IMG/VR virus record: IMGVR_UViG_3300002098_000034
Coordinates: 3,186-67,185 of that record
Strand: one strand, 5' to 3'
Length of the DNA stretch: 64,000 nt
Source of the DNA: a virus
Lineage: Duplodnaviria; Caudoviricetes
The position numbers and the translations under genes are program-made. Under the pieces are notes generated by a model. That model did no database searches, was not told the DNA's origin, and worked only from the letters and a program-made list of their open reading frames with translations. Positions 1 to 9,679 of the stretch are shown one piece after another; positions within the stretch are counted from its first letter, which is position 1, and every line of letters starts with the position of its first letter.

Positions 1-1
1 C

Positions 2-1969
2 ATCAATCACCGAAAATGTAGAACAATCTAGTCCTTTTCCTTCTGCTACGTCAACCACAATTGCGTACAGGTGATCTTTTACATTATCATCATCACCTTT
101 AATTGGAGGTTTATAAATCTTCACCTTATCGTGTTCCGTGACCGGTTCTTGATATATTAATTGTTGAAGTTTTAGACCAGAAATGAGTGTATTGGAACTT
201 CCCAAAAATTGTGTGTTAAATTCTTGATCAAATTGCCGCTGACTGGTATTCTTAATCGTTTCTTCCATCCATGCTTCATCACGACCAGGAACCTGAGACC
301 AATGAATTTCAAAGGGAACATAATTGTTTCGTTTATTAACGGCATCCATCCAAATCTTATAAAACAGATTCATACCATTAGGAGTAGAAACAATAATAAT
401 TTTTGTTTTAGTACCAGCAGTAATCACAGGATAGACTGAGGTAATAAATTCAGAAGCAATATTGGAAGGTACGAAAGCAAACTCATCAAGGAACACAATA
501 TTAAACGAACCGGAACGAGAAGCTGCTGAAGATGTAGAGTCAGCAATAATAACTGATCCGTTTTCTAATTCAACACGACCTTTGTTCCATTCAACAACAC
601 CTTGTTGCATCCACATTGGCAGATTTTCATAAGCCAATTGAAGTTTACCAAGAATTGACCGAGCAGTATTACCTCGGTTAGCAAGCACAGCAATTGATTG
701 TGAATCTTGAAACAGAATTGTCCAGAGAAGATAGGCTACTGCTGTGGTAGTATTGTGTGTAGGAATTAATGTGTTTCCTGCTAAAAATAAGTGATCTTCA
801 TTATCCACTTGCAAACATCTCACAGGAACACTATCAATACTTTCTATTGAATCAAAATATAACCTTTTATTTTTTGGATGATTTTTACATTTTTGTAATA
901 TCTTTTTCCTTGGTAAATTAAATACTGAAATTTCGGTAGTAAAATTAACAGAATAATATATTCTTCCATCTACTATTTTATTTAATTTGGTTGATTTTAT
1001 TCCTAAGGACGATAATAAATATCTAAAATCGTCTATTAGTTTTTCATTTTTTTGATAAAATTCACAACCACCATTTTGTTTTCTGACGGAACCATCCGTG
1101 TCCATTAAACCTCTTATTAATTCAATCCTCTGTTCTTTTGAGGAAAATAAGTATTCTTTAGGTATGTGTTTATTTTTTAATATCCCTAATAATCTTAATT
1201 TACAAAATAGTCCTTCTATATTATTCAAAGAAACATTTTGATTTCTTTTATCAATATAGGTACTTTTTATATTAAATTTATTTTTATAAAAATTCAAATC
1301 ATCAACATGGCAAGTAAATCTTCCATCGGATGCACTACCATCACCTAACCAAACACCTAAAGTATATGGGTCAATTTCTAAAAATTTTTCATCAAAATTA
1401 ATTGATTCTGTAAAATCTATATACGGTCTATTAGAATGTTCAAGAAAAGGTATTATTTCTTTTGTTGTTAATGTTTTATTTTTGGTATTCCAATTTTGTG
1501 AATTAACTGTCCACAAGTGTTCTTCATCCGCAATAATTGTATCGCCATTGGAAAAAGTAACCAAATAACATGGTCTATTTTCCATAATTTCTGTTATAAA
1601 AGTTACTTTAGTTGGTTTTCCATCAGGTCCATATATGATATCGCCGACAGTAATTTCTTTTAATTTAATAAAACCATTATTTGTTAGTATAGGAGTTTCA
1701 ATGTCTAAGGCCTTACCAACCTGACGAGGACACTTAGTAATAACAAAACGATTATTGTGGAAAGTACGAATCATGTCCTGTTGAAAATCATACATTTCAA
1801 AAGGAACTAAACCTTCATCAAGGGTAATAATTTTAATATATTTGGAAAAATAGATTGGATCACGAGCACACTTGACGTATTCATCAAACTGTTCTTGTGT
1901 GTAATTGACTTTAACGCCTACCCGTTTGAGTAGGGGATTATCACGATAACTTGATTTATTTGTGGCCAT
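2..1969 (-). CDS. gp17: Terminase large subunit (T4 gp17-like), intein-containing; 3' end runs off the window
   Basis: Manual translation from ATG 1969: MATNKSSYRDNPLLKRVGV...ITKCPRQVGK|intein|TTTAVAYLLW...IAVLANRGNTARSILGKLQLAYENLPMWMQQG...VFLDEFAFVP...IVSTPNGMN; Walker A split by intein, Walker B intact; follows gp16. Absent from ORF track because it has no stop in the window. Confidence 0.97.
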   Translation of the reverse strand, partial: MATNKSSYRDNPLLKRVGVKVNYTQEQFDEYVKCARDPIYFSKYIKIITLDEGLVPFEMYDFQQDMIRTFHNNRFVITKCPRQVGKALDIETPILTNNGFIKLKEITVGDIIYGPDGKPTKVTFITEIMENRPCYLVTFSNGDTIIADEEHLWTVNSQNWNTKNKTLTTKEIIPFLEHSNRPYIDFTESINFDEKFLEIDPYTLGVWLGDGSASDGRFTCHVDDLNFYKNKFNIKSTYIDKRNQNVSLNNIEGLFCKLRLLGILKNKHIPKEYLFSSKEQRIELIRGLMDTDGSVRKQNGGCEFYQKNEKLIDDFRYLLSSLGIKSTKLNKIVDGRIYYSVNFTTEISVFNLPRKKILQKCKNHPKNKRLYFDSIESIDSVPVRCLQVDNEDHLFLAGNTLIPTHNTTTAVAYLLWTILFQDSQSIAVLANRGNTARSILGKLQLAYENLPMWMQQGVVEWNKGRVELENGSVIIADSTSSAASRSGSFNIVFLDEFAFVPSNIASEFITSVYPVITAGTKTKIIIVSTPNGMNLFYKIWMDAVNKRNNYVPFEIHWSQVPGRDEAWMEETIKNTSQRQFDQEFNTQFLGSSNTLISGLKLQQLIYQEPVTEHDKVKIYKPPIKGDDDNVKDHLYAIVVDVAEGKGLDCSTFSVID
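752..1711 (-). mobile_element. Intein (320 aa) with LAGLIDADG homing endonuclease, Ala1/WCT (class 3-type)
   Basis: Starts ALDIETPIL after Walker A GK; block B IIADEEHLW; blocks C/E PYTLGVWLGDG and LIRGLMDTDGSV; block F VPVRCLQVD; ends IPTHN|T. Confidence 0.93.
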
Positions 1970-2375
1970 TATCTTTTAGTAATTTACCTAAGTCAGCAGT
2001 AGAACCCACAAAGATTGCTTTATCTATTGTGGTATTTGTTACTTCTTTTTTACCGTTCATATCACGCATTTGTTTTTGCATTGCAATCAATTCTTTATTG
2101 GCATCCACCACATTTTTAAGTAGTGTGCCATATACTTCAAAAGCTCTTGGATGTTGTCCTGCTTTTGCTATATTCAAAATTTCTTCCATGGCTTCTTTGC
2201 CTTGGTCGATAATACCTTGAAGATTTTCACGGGATTGTTGGTAAGCATCACCTAAATCTTGTTCTAAATCTGGTGCATTATATAGTGGTGTAGATTTAAC
2301 CACAACAGGTAACTCCTCTTTAATAGTTGGTGTTACATCAAAAATTTCTGCCATATTTTTATCAAAATTATTCAT
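1956..2375 (-). CDS. gp16: Terminase small subunit
   Basis: DLEQDLGDAYQQSRENL...HPRAFEV...FVGSTADL typical of T4-like gp16; position between gp15 and gp17. Confidence 0.9.
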   Translation of the reverse strand: MNNFDKNMAEIFDVTPTIKEELPVVVKSTPLYNAPDLEQDLGDAYQQSRENLQGIIDQGKEAMEEILNIAKAGQHPRAFEVYGTLLKNVVDANKELIAMQKQMRDMNGKKEVTNTTIDKAIFVGSTADLGKLLKDNGHK

Positions 2376-2376
2376 A

Positions 2377-3381
2377 TTAAGTACTTGGATAAGTGTTTGC
2401 TATTTTAGGTGTTTCTGTTATGTTGGTGGTATATGTATACAAAGTGTTGGCATTAGCATTGGAAGGATTAGGAGTAATCACAATTTGTGCATAATTCATT
2501 GGTTGTAATTGATATGATGTAAACAAATAGTTTGCACTTGTACTCACACCAATAACAGGTTGCGAAGAAACAAAATTACCATTAATGTTGGTAAGTGTTA
2601 ATAGATTGTTTGACCAAAGAACTACCTTGGCCGTAGCCGTTGCTGATTTAACAGAATACCCTTGATAAACAACTTCACCGTCTTGATATGTTCCAACTCC
2701 TGTATTACCCATAGTAAACACAACAGAATCAGCAGCAGTAATATCATTGAGAATATTTGTAATTGATGTTTTAATTAAACCTGCCGTAGAGATTTGGCCA
2801 AACACATATCCTTTGACCGTGAAATTTAATGTCCATACAATCATTCTAGGATCAGTATCTCTAGGACCTTCATAAGAAACTTCAGAAGTAACTGAATTTA
2901 ATACGACAGGTATTTCTTTAACTACACCCATTTCAGGAACTAAATTTAATTTGATTGTGTAGTCTGGTGTAAAATAAGGAAGTATGTGTTCAATTATTTG
3001 AGTACCATCTTCAATGTTACGAACATAGATACACAAATCAAAATCAAAGTTATATGGTACTGGATTGTATTGAGAAACAACACCATTGGTTGTTTGAGCA
3101 AATGATTTGAAATTAGTATTCTGTTTTCTTGATGCATCGTATGTAAGACCATTCATTTCAAACGACATACGGGGTAAAGTCATTTGAGTTTTTTTATCTA
3201 AATTATAATCACCTTGTAAACGCTGAACATACAACTCTTTAGCTGCATAAGCAATTGGAACAATAAATCGTTGTGCTTCTGATTCATCCGGATTATATCG
3301 AACTAGTGTGATATCATTGAATAAGTTTCCAAATCCAACAACGAGTTTACGAACAATTCGATTATAGGTGGTATTAGCCAT
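2377..3381 (-). CDS. gp15: Tail sheath stabilizer/terminator
   Basis: RKLVVGFGNLFNDI...VPIAYA..KE, TLPRMSFE, QIIEHILPYFTP motifs; synteny. Confidence 0.92.
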   Translation of the reverse strand: MANTTYNRIVRKLVVGFGNLFNDITLVRYNPDESEAQRFIVPIAYAAKELYVQRLQGDYNLDKKTQMTLPRMSFEMNGLTYDASRKQNTNFKSFAQTTNGVVSQYNPVPYNFDFDLCIYVRNIEDGTQIIEHILPYFTPDYTIKLNLVPEMGVVKEIPVVLNSVTSEVSYEGPRDTDPRMIVWTLNFTVKGYVFGQISTAGLIKTSITNILNDITAADSVVFTMGNTGVGTYQDGEVVYQGYSVKSATATAKVVLWSNNLLTLTNINGNFVSSQPVIGVSTSANYLFTSYQLQPMNYAQIVITPNPSNANANTLYTYTTNITETPKIANTYPST

Positions 3382-4262
3382 TAGATTGTTCCAAATGGAT
3401 TAATTTCTGAAAAATCCGTAATTGTGTAAGCAGAGTTAGCAATATATTCATTGTCGTATACCTCTTTATTAGCAGGAGTATTCAGCGGATCAAATGAAGC
3501 TAAGGAGTAAGTTGCTCCGGATCGTTGGCCAATAATTGATTGGGAGTCAATAAACTCACCGGCAATATTGGACACAGAAAGTGTGTTAGAAGAAGGAATC
3601 CAGGATTGTACGATAGCAACAGTAGAAGCATTTGCGTATGTTGAATCTGCTGATTGGTATACGATTTCATTGATGTTGTATGTTCCTGTTCCTGCACCAA
3701 CATTAAGGTGCAATGTGTAAGCAGAATCGGTAACAACAGAATCAATATCTGCAACACCTGTAGTAATAATCTCTTGTGAGTATTTGAATTTCTCCATTTC
3801 CAATTCATAGAAATAAGGAACTTTTCTACCCAACATGAAGAAATCTTTTGTTTGATTAGTAAACTTGATTTCATATAACTCACCGGTGCCATTGAGGAAA
3901 GGGATATAAACTAAATCACCTTCTCTTGGTCTTGTAAAAGTATTTTGTGGAACTCTTTCGGTGAATGACCTTTTGGAAAGAACCACTTGAACTGTATTTT
4001 TAATCTCAAGTCCAAATTTAGAAAAGAATTCTTTCTCACCACCGTACTCTAATGAGTTACTAAGGTACATTTCAATAGGAAATGCCGATTCAAATCGTTT
4101 GACTGGATCTTCACCAAAGAGAAGGTCTCGAGCTGCATCGTTATCGTTGGGTAAGTAATACGCTTCAAATCCTTGAACCTTGATGGATTCTACAATAAGA
4201 TCCTCAATGACTCTTTGTTCAGGCAAACTTCCGTAATTGTTAAAATAGTGATTTGTTCCCAT
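3381..4262 (-). CDS. gp14: Neck protein
   Basis: EQRVIEDLIVESIK..G...YYLP, FSKFGLEI, PREGDLVY motifs; synteny. Confidence 0.92.
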   Translation of the reverse strand: MGTNHYFNNYGSLPEQRVIEDLIVESIKVQGFEAYYLPNDNDAARDLLFGEDPVKRFESAFPIEMYLSNSLEYGGEKEFFSKFGLEIKNTVQVVLSKRSFTERVPQNTFTRPREGDLVYIPFLNGTGELYEIKFTNQTKDFFMLGRKVPYFYELEMEKFKYSQEIITTGVADIDSVVTDSAYTLHLNVGAGTGTYNINEIVYQSADSTYANASTVAIVQSWIPSSNTLSVSNIAGEFIDSQSIIGQRSGATYSLASFDPLNTPANKEVYDNEYIANSAYTITDFSEINPFGTI

Positions 4263-4265
4263 ATA

Positions 4266-5039
4266 CTAATTTAGGAAAAATTCCATTACGCCGCCGTAAG
4301 AATTTTCCATTTCTTTTTCTAATCGTTCAATTTCTACAGCTGCTTCAGCTTGAATTGTTTTACCATCCAAAGTAACTCCACCTGGTAATTGTAGTCCGGC
4401 AAATTTTGATAGGTTATTGCCCCAATCTCGTTTAATCAATTGAGTGGCATATTCTTTCAAAAATCTATCGTCCCAAATATAGGTATAAACATCTGGATTG
4501 ATTGTTGCATAACATTGAACAATTACCGCTTGTCCGACAGGAGCATTATAATCTCCCCAATTCCAGTCAATGAATAACTTTTTCATATGACGGTTGTATC
4601 GAATAGGAACTTCACCTGTAAACATTTGTTCCAATGAACGTAAATGTTGTTGAGTTAATGTATAGTTGATATAGGAAGCAGAGGTAAAGTCATATAATTC
4701 ATTTAACCTCAATTGATACCTAAGGTCAAACATATTAACATTGGATTGTGAATCGGAGATAGGAAATACTTTGGTAGCCCCAACAATCTCCAATGCATTT
4801 CCTTTGGCATCTTTAGTATCACTAAAATCAAGGTACTTATTATCAACATCGGTTTGTGTTAATAAATGTATATAATAGACCTGTTGTGTACCATCAAAAT
4901 GGTAATCCGTAAAGTATTGAAGCGCATCATTAATACGATCCTCGACCTGGTCATCGTCCACGTTAATTTCGATAACGGGGAAACCTAGTCGGCGCAGGCA
5001 ATAAGTTTTAAAATCTGCTCGGTTTGTGATTGATGCCAT
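4266..5039 (-). CDS. gp13: Neck protein
   Basis: YCLRRLGFPVIEINVDDDQVEDRI, WGNNLSKF..LQLPGGVTLDG motifs. Confidence 0.93.
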   Translation of the reverse strand: MASITNRADFKTYCLRRLGFPVIEINVDDDQVEDRINDALQYFTDYHFDGTQQVYYIHLLTQTDVDNKYLDFSDTKDAKGNALEIVGATKVFPISDSQSNVNMFDLRYQLRLNELYDFTSASYINYTLTQQHLRSLEQMFTGEVPIRYNRHMKKLFIDWNWGDYNAPVGQAVIVQCYATINPDVYTYIWDDRFLKEYATQLIKRDWGNNLSKFAGLQLPGGVTLDGKTIQAEAAVEIERLEKEMENSYGGVMEFFLN

Positions 5040-5060
5040 CGAATATCTCCTATATTGGAG

Positions 5061-5068
5061 TATTTATA
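5061..5068 (-). promoter_or_regulatory. T4-type late promoter TATAAATA for gp13-gp17
   Basis: Exact TATAAATA on minus strand 22 nt upstream of gp13 ATG, followed by GGAG SD. Confidence 0.85.
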
Positions 5069-5091
5069 CCTTGTCCTGTCCGAGTTAACCA

Positions 5092-5118
5092 TAAAAAATA
5101 CCACCTGAGGTGGTATCC
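5092..5118 (-). terminator. Rho-independent terminator
   Basis: ATACCACC-TCA-GGTGGTAT stem followed by T-run on minus strand, just after ORF 5139. Confidence 0.8.
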
Positions 5119-5138
5119 TTAATAACTTGGCAATTCTA

Positions 5139-5351
5139 TTACATGGCTGGTGGAATAGTACCGGCTTGTTGTAGTGCTTGTACTTGTGGTTCAGCTTGAG
5201 CACGTACCTTGGCAATCATCGGTGCAATTTGATCGTATGGTAAACGACCTAGTGCCTGTAAAACTACATTAACTTCATCTAAATGGAGTTCAAATGTCAA
5301 CAATGGTTGTGGCTGTTGTGCTGGTACTACTGGTTGTGTTGTATCTGCCAT
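5139..5351 (-). CDS. Small hypothetical protein, paralog of 5391-5582
   Basis: LHLDEVNVVLQALGRLPYDQIAPMIAK core shared with neighbour. Confidence 0.75.
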   Translation of the reverse strand: MADTTQPVVPAQQPQPLLTFELHLDEVNVVLQALGRLPYDQIAPMIAKVRAQAEPQVQALQQAGTIPPAM

Positions 5352-5390
5352 GATTGTTTCCTTATAGTGTATTCACGGTTGTTAAAAATA

Positions 5391-5582
5391 TTATTTAACT
5401 TTTTTGGATTTAGGTAGAGCTCTACGTTCAGCACGATTCAATGGTACTGGTTTAGGTTGTAATTGTGCTTCACCCAATTTTCTCATTTTGTCCAATAAAG
5501 GAGCAATTTGGTCATATGGTAATTGTCCCAATGCTTGTAATACCACATTGGTTTCTTCTAGTGTTAGGTTTAATGTAATCAT
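5391..5582 (-). CDS. Small hypothetical protein, paralog of 5139-5351
   Basis: LTLEETNVVLQALGQLPYDQIAPLLDK; preceded by GGAG SD and a sigma70 promoter. Confidence 0.75.
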   Translation of the reverse strand: MITLNLTLEETNVVLQALGQLPYDQIAPLLDKMRKLGEAQLQPKPVPLNRAERRALPKSKKVK

Positions 5583-5613
5583 TTTTTCTCCATGTTTAGA
5601 TAGTTACTTTATC

Positions 5614-5642
5614 AGTATATTATATATATCAGCATTTGTCAA
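5614..5642 (-). promoter_or_regulatory. Sigma70-type promoter
   Basis: TTGACA-17 nt-TATACT. Confidence 0.8.
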
Positions 5643-5668
5643 GCGGTTTTAAAACAAGTTTGGTATAT

Positions 5669-5935
5669 TTAAACCGTTGTATTTACTGATGGTACTTCTG
5701 GTACTTCTGGTACTTCTGGTACTACCGGTGTTTCAACAGGGGCTGGTACTGAAGCATTATACGCTTCTCTAGCCGCAGTGATACCGTTATCCGATGTTTT
5801 GGTATCATACTGTTTTTTATATGATTCGGCAGCTTTGTTCATTACAAAATCGATATATTCTTCATTGCTATCAATGGTACCTGTAGGTACTACATAATCG
5901 TCCGAGATTTCAATTTCATATGTTACTGTTGTCAT
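5669..5935 (-). CDS. Hypothetical protein with PEV-repeat tail
   Basis: ORF; 9-nt tandem repeat ~5690-5725 encodes PEVPEVPEV; TATAAATA at 5961-5968 upstream. Confidence 0.65.
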   Translation of the reverse strand: MTTVTYEIEISDDYVVPTGTIDSNEEYIDFVMNKAAESYKKQYDTKTSDNGITAAREAYNASVPAPVETPVVPEVPEVPEVPSVNTTV

Positions 5936-5960
5936 TTTTATTTCTTTTTGTTTATTAATG

Positions 5961-5968
5961 TATTTATA
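5961..5968 (-). promoter_or_regulatory. Late promoter TATAAATA
   Basis: Exact motif upstream of ORF 5935. Confidence 0.75.
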
Positions 5969-5984
5969 AGGATGTTGGTGCTAT

Positions 5985-6428
5985 TTACGGTACTGGAACA
6001 TAGTCCTCTGGCATTGGCTCTGGTGCTGGCTGATATACAGTTCCAATAACATCAATGTTCTGATAGTTAGGAGTAGGGTCAGTAGTAGGGTCAGGTTCAG
6101 GATCGCTCCAAGGCAACGGAGGGTTTATTACTGCTGGGGTATATTGCGCTGTAATCCAAGCTGTAATCTTATCGGTGTATTCCTCAAACATCCATGCTGG
6201 TGTATATTCTTGTACCCATCCCATGACTTGCTCTAGAGTGAGTTGGGCATAAGGTGTAGCAGACTGTGGGTCGCTTGTAGGAACATCGGTAGAGCCTTGC
6301 ATCGCTGTTGAGAACTTCTCGTCTGCGCCTAAATAGTTCCAATAAACCCTAAAAACATACAAGGGTACGCTGTCCTTAATGGGGTAGGCTTCCATGCCTG
6401 TGATTGTGGTGGTGAATTCGATTGTCAT
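5985..6428 (-). CDS. Hypothetical, fibre-associated small protein
   Basis: ORF downstream of fibre genes; TPYAQLTLEQVMGWV and PPLPW motifs resemble small proteins that follow phage fibre genes. Confidence 0.6.
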   Translation of the reverse strand: MTIEFTTTITGMEAYPIKDSVPLYVFRVYWNYLGADEKFSTAMQGSTDVPTSDPQSATPYAQLTLEQVMGWVQEYTPAWMFEEYTDKITAWITAQYTPAVINPPLPWSDPEPDPTTDPTPNYQNIDVIGTVYQPAPEPMPEDYVPVP

Positions 6429-6757
6429 TATTTATCCTTTATTCTCATAAATTGCAATGGGTCATCCATAATTGATTTGTTTAATGCTTTCAATGCTTCT
6501 ATTTCAGTCGCTTGATGGCGTAGCATATCGGCAACGGTTTCCATATCGAGTGTGCAACAATCTTCTGTTTCTAACTTATCGGCTAGTTCATTTGCTTTTG
6601 TAGAACTACACTTTTGGTTTACTTTTTCAGTTGTTTTTAAACTTTCATGTGCATATGTGTACCCTAAAGCTATGGCATCTGCTTCAGTCATTGCAACTTT
6701 ATTCCCGTATTTGTCGTGTAGTATCATAATTTTATTATCCCTTAAATTAACCCACAT
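6428..6757 (-). CDS. Hypothetical containing the ANELAD / MLRxQxxEIEALK repeat-family module
   Basis: KANELADKL...VADMLRHQATEIEALKA matches ORFs at 58730, 63560, 63817. Confidence 0.65.
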   Translation of the reverse strand: MWVNLRDNKIMILHDKYGNKVAMTEADAIALGYTYAHESLKTTEKVNQKCSSTKANELADKLETEDCCTLDMETVADMLRHQATEIEALKALNKSIMDDPLQFMRIKDK

Positions 6758-9665
6758 ACCATGTATTGCTTGCGCCTACATAGACTGGTACTGGTACAGC
6801 ACCACCGCCTGTAACTGCTACCCCAAAAGAAGGTGCTAAAGCATCTGTTACAAAAGCCCTTGCGCCTACTCCGCTTGTTGATGCAGAAGGTAGTGTAGCT
6901 ACTGTGTAGTTGGTAGATTTAGTAACGCCATAAGTCTGAGTTAACGTTGTAGAGCTATTACCAATAACAGTAGTGTTTGAGCCTAGTCCGACTGCTTGAT
7001 AGCCAATCACCATCTCGTTGGTGTTGTTGTTGGCAGAGCCTACAGTTTGATAGCCTAAGTAGGTGTTGTTTGAGCCTGTGGTGTTTGCGTTAGCTGATGA
7101 GTTGCCTGTTCCAGCTTGAACTCCAAATGCAAGGTTTCTAGCCCCAGTAGAGTTATTGTATAAAGCTGTTGCACCATAAGCCGAATTATTTGCGCCAGTA
7201 TTTAATTGTAAAGACTGTGAACCAAACGCAGAATTTCCGCTTGAAGTAGAGTTTGTAAATAAAGACAGGTATCCAGAAGATGTGTTGTTTAATCCAGTAG
7301 TTGTACCGTATCCAGACTGCATCCCATAAAAGGTATTGTATGTTCCTGTGCTATTGCTATATCCAGATTGATACCCAGCGAAAGTTAAACTATTGCCTGT
7401 GCTATTACTATACCCAGCTTGATAGCCCACCGCCACATTCAAAGTTCCTGAAGCTAGTGTCGCTACTGGGACTGTAAATCCTGAACCTGTACCACCAATA
7501 GATGCGGCTGGGGCTGTCAATACTGTCGTAGTGTCTTTAAATCCTACACCATTAGAGGTTAGTGTGACTGAGGTTACTGCACCGCCACTTACTACGATTG
7601 TTGCAGTTGGATAAGTAACAGCAGTAGAACCACTACTGAGTGTCATTACAACACCAGTATAAGTGCCGTTAGTGTAGCCAGTACCACCTGTGATTGTGCC
7701 AAGTGTTGCTACATTGGTGGTGTTGGATTGGAGTGCGTTTGTTCCGATTGCGGTAAGGCTTGGAGATGTTGTATTTACAGAAAGTGCATTAGCCCCAACT
7801 GCTAAAGAGCCACTATTTTGATTCCATTGAAGCGCACTATTTCCAATAGCAACAGTATTGCTTATTGCAGCTCCATACTGGGAAGCCCCTTGCCCCATTG
7901 CTATATTAGCTGTTCCACTTATATTATTTGATAAAGTAGCATAGCCAATGGATACATTAAATTTTCCAGAGGTGCTTAATTGCTGAGAAGCAGAACCAAT
8001 AGCAGTATTGTAACCTTGTGTATTTGTAGAAACTAAAGCATTTTGACCCACAGCCGTATTACTACCTACAGCACCACCACCTAGACCTACTGTTACTCCG
8101 TTAATAGAAGCATCGGAGTTAGTTGTTACTACTCCTGAGAAGTAGGCGTTTTTGATTCTTTGTGATGTTGCGCCTAAATCAGATACTGCATCATTATCAG
8201 GATTTAAAGTGCCATTGGTTCCTAAATCCCATCTTCCTGCAGCATTTCCTACTCCATTGGGCCAAAAGTTTACAGAAGAACCACCAATATCTATTGCCCT
8301 TAATGTACCCGTTCCTGCCTTAATTGCATTGATAGCAAGTCTGTTTGAATATGTTCCTGCCCATGTGATACTTAACGCTTCGTAATTTGAGCTGTCGGTA
8401 TAGGTGTTGTAAAGTCTAAATGTCTGTGCGTTAGTAGAGTTGCGTTGGGCTAGTGTGTTGGCGGCATCTCTTGAAAGCAATAAATCTGGAGTTGAACCAG
8501 CGGAAGCAGAAGAAGAAAAAGCATAGGACATACCACTTGCTATTTCTAATTTATCCGTAAAATATCCAAAACTAGCAACACCACCTAAAACGCCATAATA
8601 AGCATTAGCGCCAGCAAAAGTAAATCCTGTATTAGCATTACCTAAAAAACTGTACGCTGGTAAAGATAAGCTACCACTATAGTTAGCCAACACCTGACCA
8701 CTAGGCACACTAATATTATTAGTAGTGGTTACTGCTGTTGTGGTGGTTGGTGTGTAGTTGGATGCTACAGAGCCTAGTTCGAGTTGTGCGCCCCAAACAT
8801 ATATTGTTTCAGTTCCAGCAGCAGACCAAGAAGCATTTACAGTCATTGATGCAGAATTAGCAATATTTATTTCAGGATTTCTATTTGCTGTAGGTGTAAC
8901 CGCCCCAACAATACATCTATACCAACCATTACCTACTGATTGGATTGATGGAGTACAAGATGCGTATGTTCCTGATACTCCTGTAGATAAATTAAAGTTT
9001 GCAAAAGCAACATCGCCACCAAAATTTAATTGTAAAAAGTTATTTGTACCAGCTTTAGCATAAACAGAATAAGTATAAGTTATTCCAGAAGTTAAAATAA
9101 CCGTACTATAAATAAAATGACCTGCACTTGTATTTGACGCTAGTAACAAATTAGAAGTTGTTGTATTATCAGGTGCTGTTGTAGCATTTTGGGTAACCGA
9201 AGTTACCCCAGTCCCTCCACTACTAAATGTCCAAGGACTTGTAGCTAAAGTCTGTGATTGGGTTAATAAATTATTCCCACCCTGTAAGTTCAAGCTCTTA
9301 TCAGTTACTACACCATTAAAAGTAGATTGTCCTGTTACTTGTAGGACACCTGTGCCTTGGTCGTAGGATTGACCTATTATTCCACTTGGAGTCCATAAAG
9401 TTTTACTTACATTCACATTACCTGTTACATCTAAATCATATAGTGGTAATGCTGTATTAATACCTACACGATTATTTGATGAATTAATGAAAAATGTATT
9501 AGCACCAATATTTAAATTATTGGGTATACTAACATTTGTACCATTAATTGTTAATGTATCAACCGATGCATCTCCAAAAACAGTATTACCTGTATCAGTA
9601 AAATCAACTGCTGTTAATGTATTACTGGAATTTATTAGCGATGCTAATAGTGCAGCTCTGGTCAT
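6747..9665 (-). CDS. Tail fibre / receptor-binding protein (972 aa)
   Basis: Gly/Asn/Thr-rich NTAVGxxAL adhesin-like repeats, lectin/CBM-like segment (NLLTQSQTL..SPW...IYVWGAQLELG); paralogous to 9975-13808. Confidence 0.75.
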   Translation of the reverse strand: MTRAALLASLINSSNTLTAVDFTDTGNTVFGDASVDTLTINGTNVSIPNNLNIGANTFFINSSNNRVGINTALPLYDLDVTGNVNVSKTLWTPSGIIGQSYDQGTGVLQVTGQSTFNGVVTDKSLNLQGGNNLLTQSQTLATSPWTFSSGGTGVTSVTQNATTAPDNTTTSNLLLASNTSAGHFIYSTVILTSGITYTYSVYAKAGTNNFLQLNFGGDVAFANFNLSTGVSGTYASCTPSIQSVGNGWYRCIVGAVTPTANRNPEINIANSASMTVNASWSAAGTETIYVWGAQLELGSVASNYTPTTTTAVTTTNNISVPSGQVLANYSGSLSLPAYSFLGNANTGFTFAGANAYYGVLGGVASFGYFTDKLEIASGMSYAFSSSASAGSTPDLLLSRDAANTLAQRNSTNAQTFRLYNTYTDSSNYEALSITWAGTYSNRLAINAIKAGTGTLRAIDIGGSSVNFWPNGVGNAAGRWDLGTNGTLNPDNDAVSDLGATSQRIKNAYFSGVVTTNSDASINGVTVGLGGGAVGSNTAVGQNALVSTNTQGYNTAIGSASQQLSTSGKFNVSIGYATLSNNISGTANIAMGQGASQYGAAISNTVAIGNSALQWNQNSGSLAVGANALSVNTTSPSLTAIGTNALQSNTTNVATLGTITGGTGYTNGTYTGVVMTLSSGSTAVTYPTATIVVSGGAVTSVTLTSNGVGFKDTTTVLTAPAASIGGTGSGFTVPVATLASGTLNVAVGYQAGYSNSTGNSLTFAGYQSGYSNSTGTYNTFYGMQSGYGTTTGLNNTSSGYLSLFTNSTSSGNSAFGSQSLQLNTGANNSAYGATALYNNSTGARNLAFGVQAGTGNSSANANTTGSNNTYLGYQTVGSANNNTNEMVIGYQAVGLGSNTTVIGNSSTTLTQTYGVTKSTNYTVATLPSASTSGVGARAFVTDALAPSFGVAVTGGGAVPVPVYVGASNTWYVG

Positions 9666-9679
9666 TTCTTATCCGTTTA

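Noticed and set aside
209-439. Plus-strand ORFs over the terminase region (also 1951-2220) and similar short antisense ORFs throughout
   Set aside because: They overlap clearly conserved genes on the other strand and show no motifs.
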